Of a stretch of DNA of 64,000 bases, positions 63,597 to 64,000 are shown piece after piece (the stretch's first letter is position 1; every line of letters starts with the position of its first letter). Both the position numbers and the translations under genes were made by a program. This stretch comes from the human T2T-CHM13v2.0 reference genome, Homo sapiens. The stretch is taken from the NCBI RefSeq assembly GCF_009914755.1, contig NC_060934.1; one strand, given 5' to 3'. The notes under the pieces are model-generated. The model made no database searches. It had not been told where the DNA came from and saw nothing but the letters and a program-made list of their open reading frames with translations.

Positions 63597-64000
<404 letters not shown>

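Overview
This is anthropoid primate genomic DNA, most likely human or ape: it carries AluJ/AluS, THE1 and MADE1 elements, and I saw no AluY or young L1. It is AT-rich, gene-poor intronic or intergenic sequence, roughly half made of interspersed repeats. These include 13 Alus, about 15 kb of old L1M fragments (mostly on the - strand), L2 and MIR relics, MaLR and ERVL solo LTRs (THE1 x2, MLT1 x4, MLT2 x2, LTR16 x2, a MER57 fragment) and DNA transposons (MER33, Tigger2a, two MADE1). There are also several microsatellites, a ~370-bp polypurine tract, a 36-bp minisatellite and several two-copy tandem duplications. I recognise no complete protein-coding gene, RNA gene or CRISPR array, and nearly all entries in the ORF track are chance or repeat-derived. 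The best gene-like signal is a candidate terminal coding exon at 474-534 followed by a polyA signal. The most interesting structural observations are four: a 100-bp templated insertion inside an L1 copied from 1.8 kb away; a minisatellite born from L2 sequence that carries YY1-like motifs; a full MADE1 hairpin resembling miR-548; and a THE1 LTR retaining a DUX4 motif, TATA box and splice donor. I found no convincing novel biological system. Repeat subfamily calls come from recalled consensus sequences, not a database search, and boundaries of old repeats are approximate.
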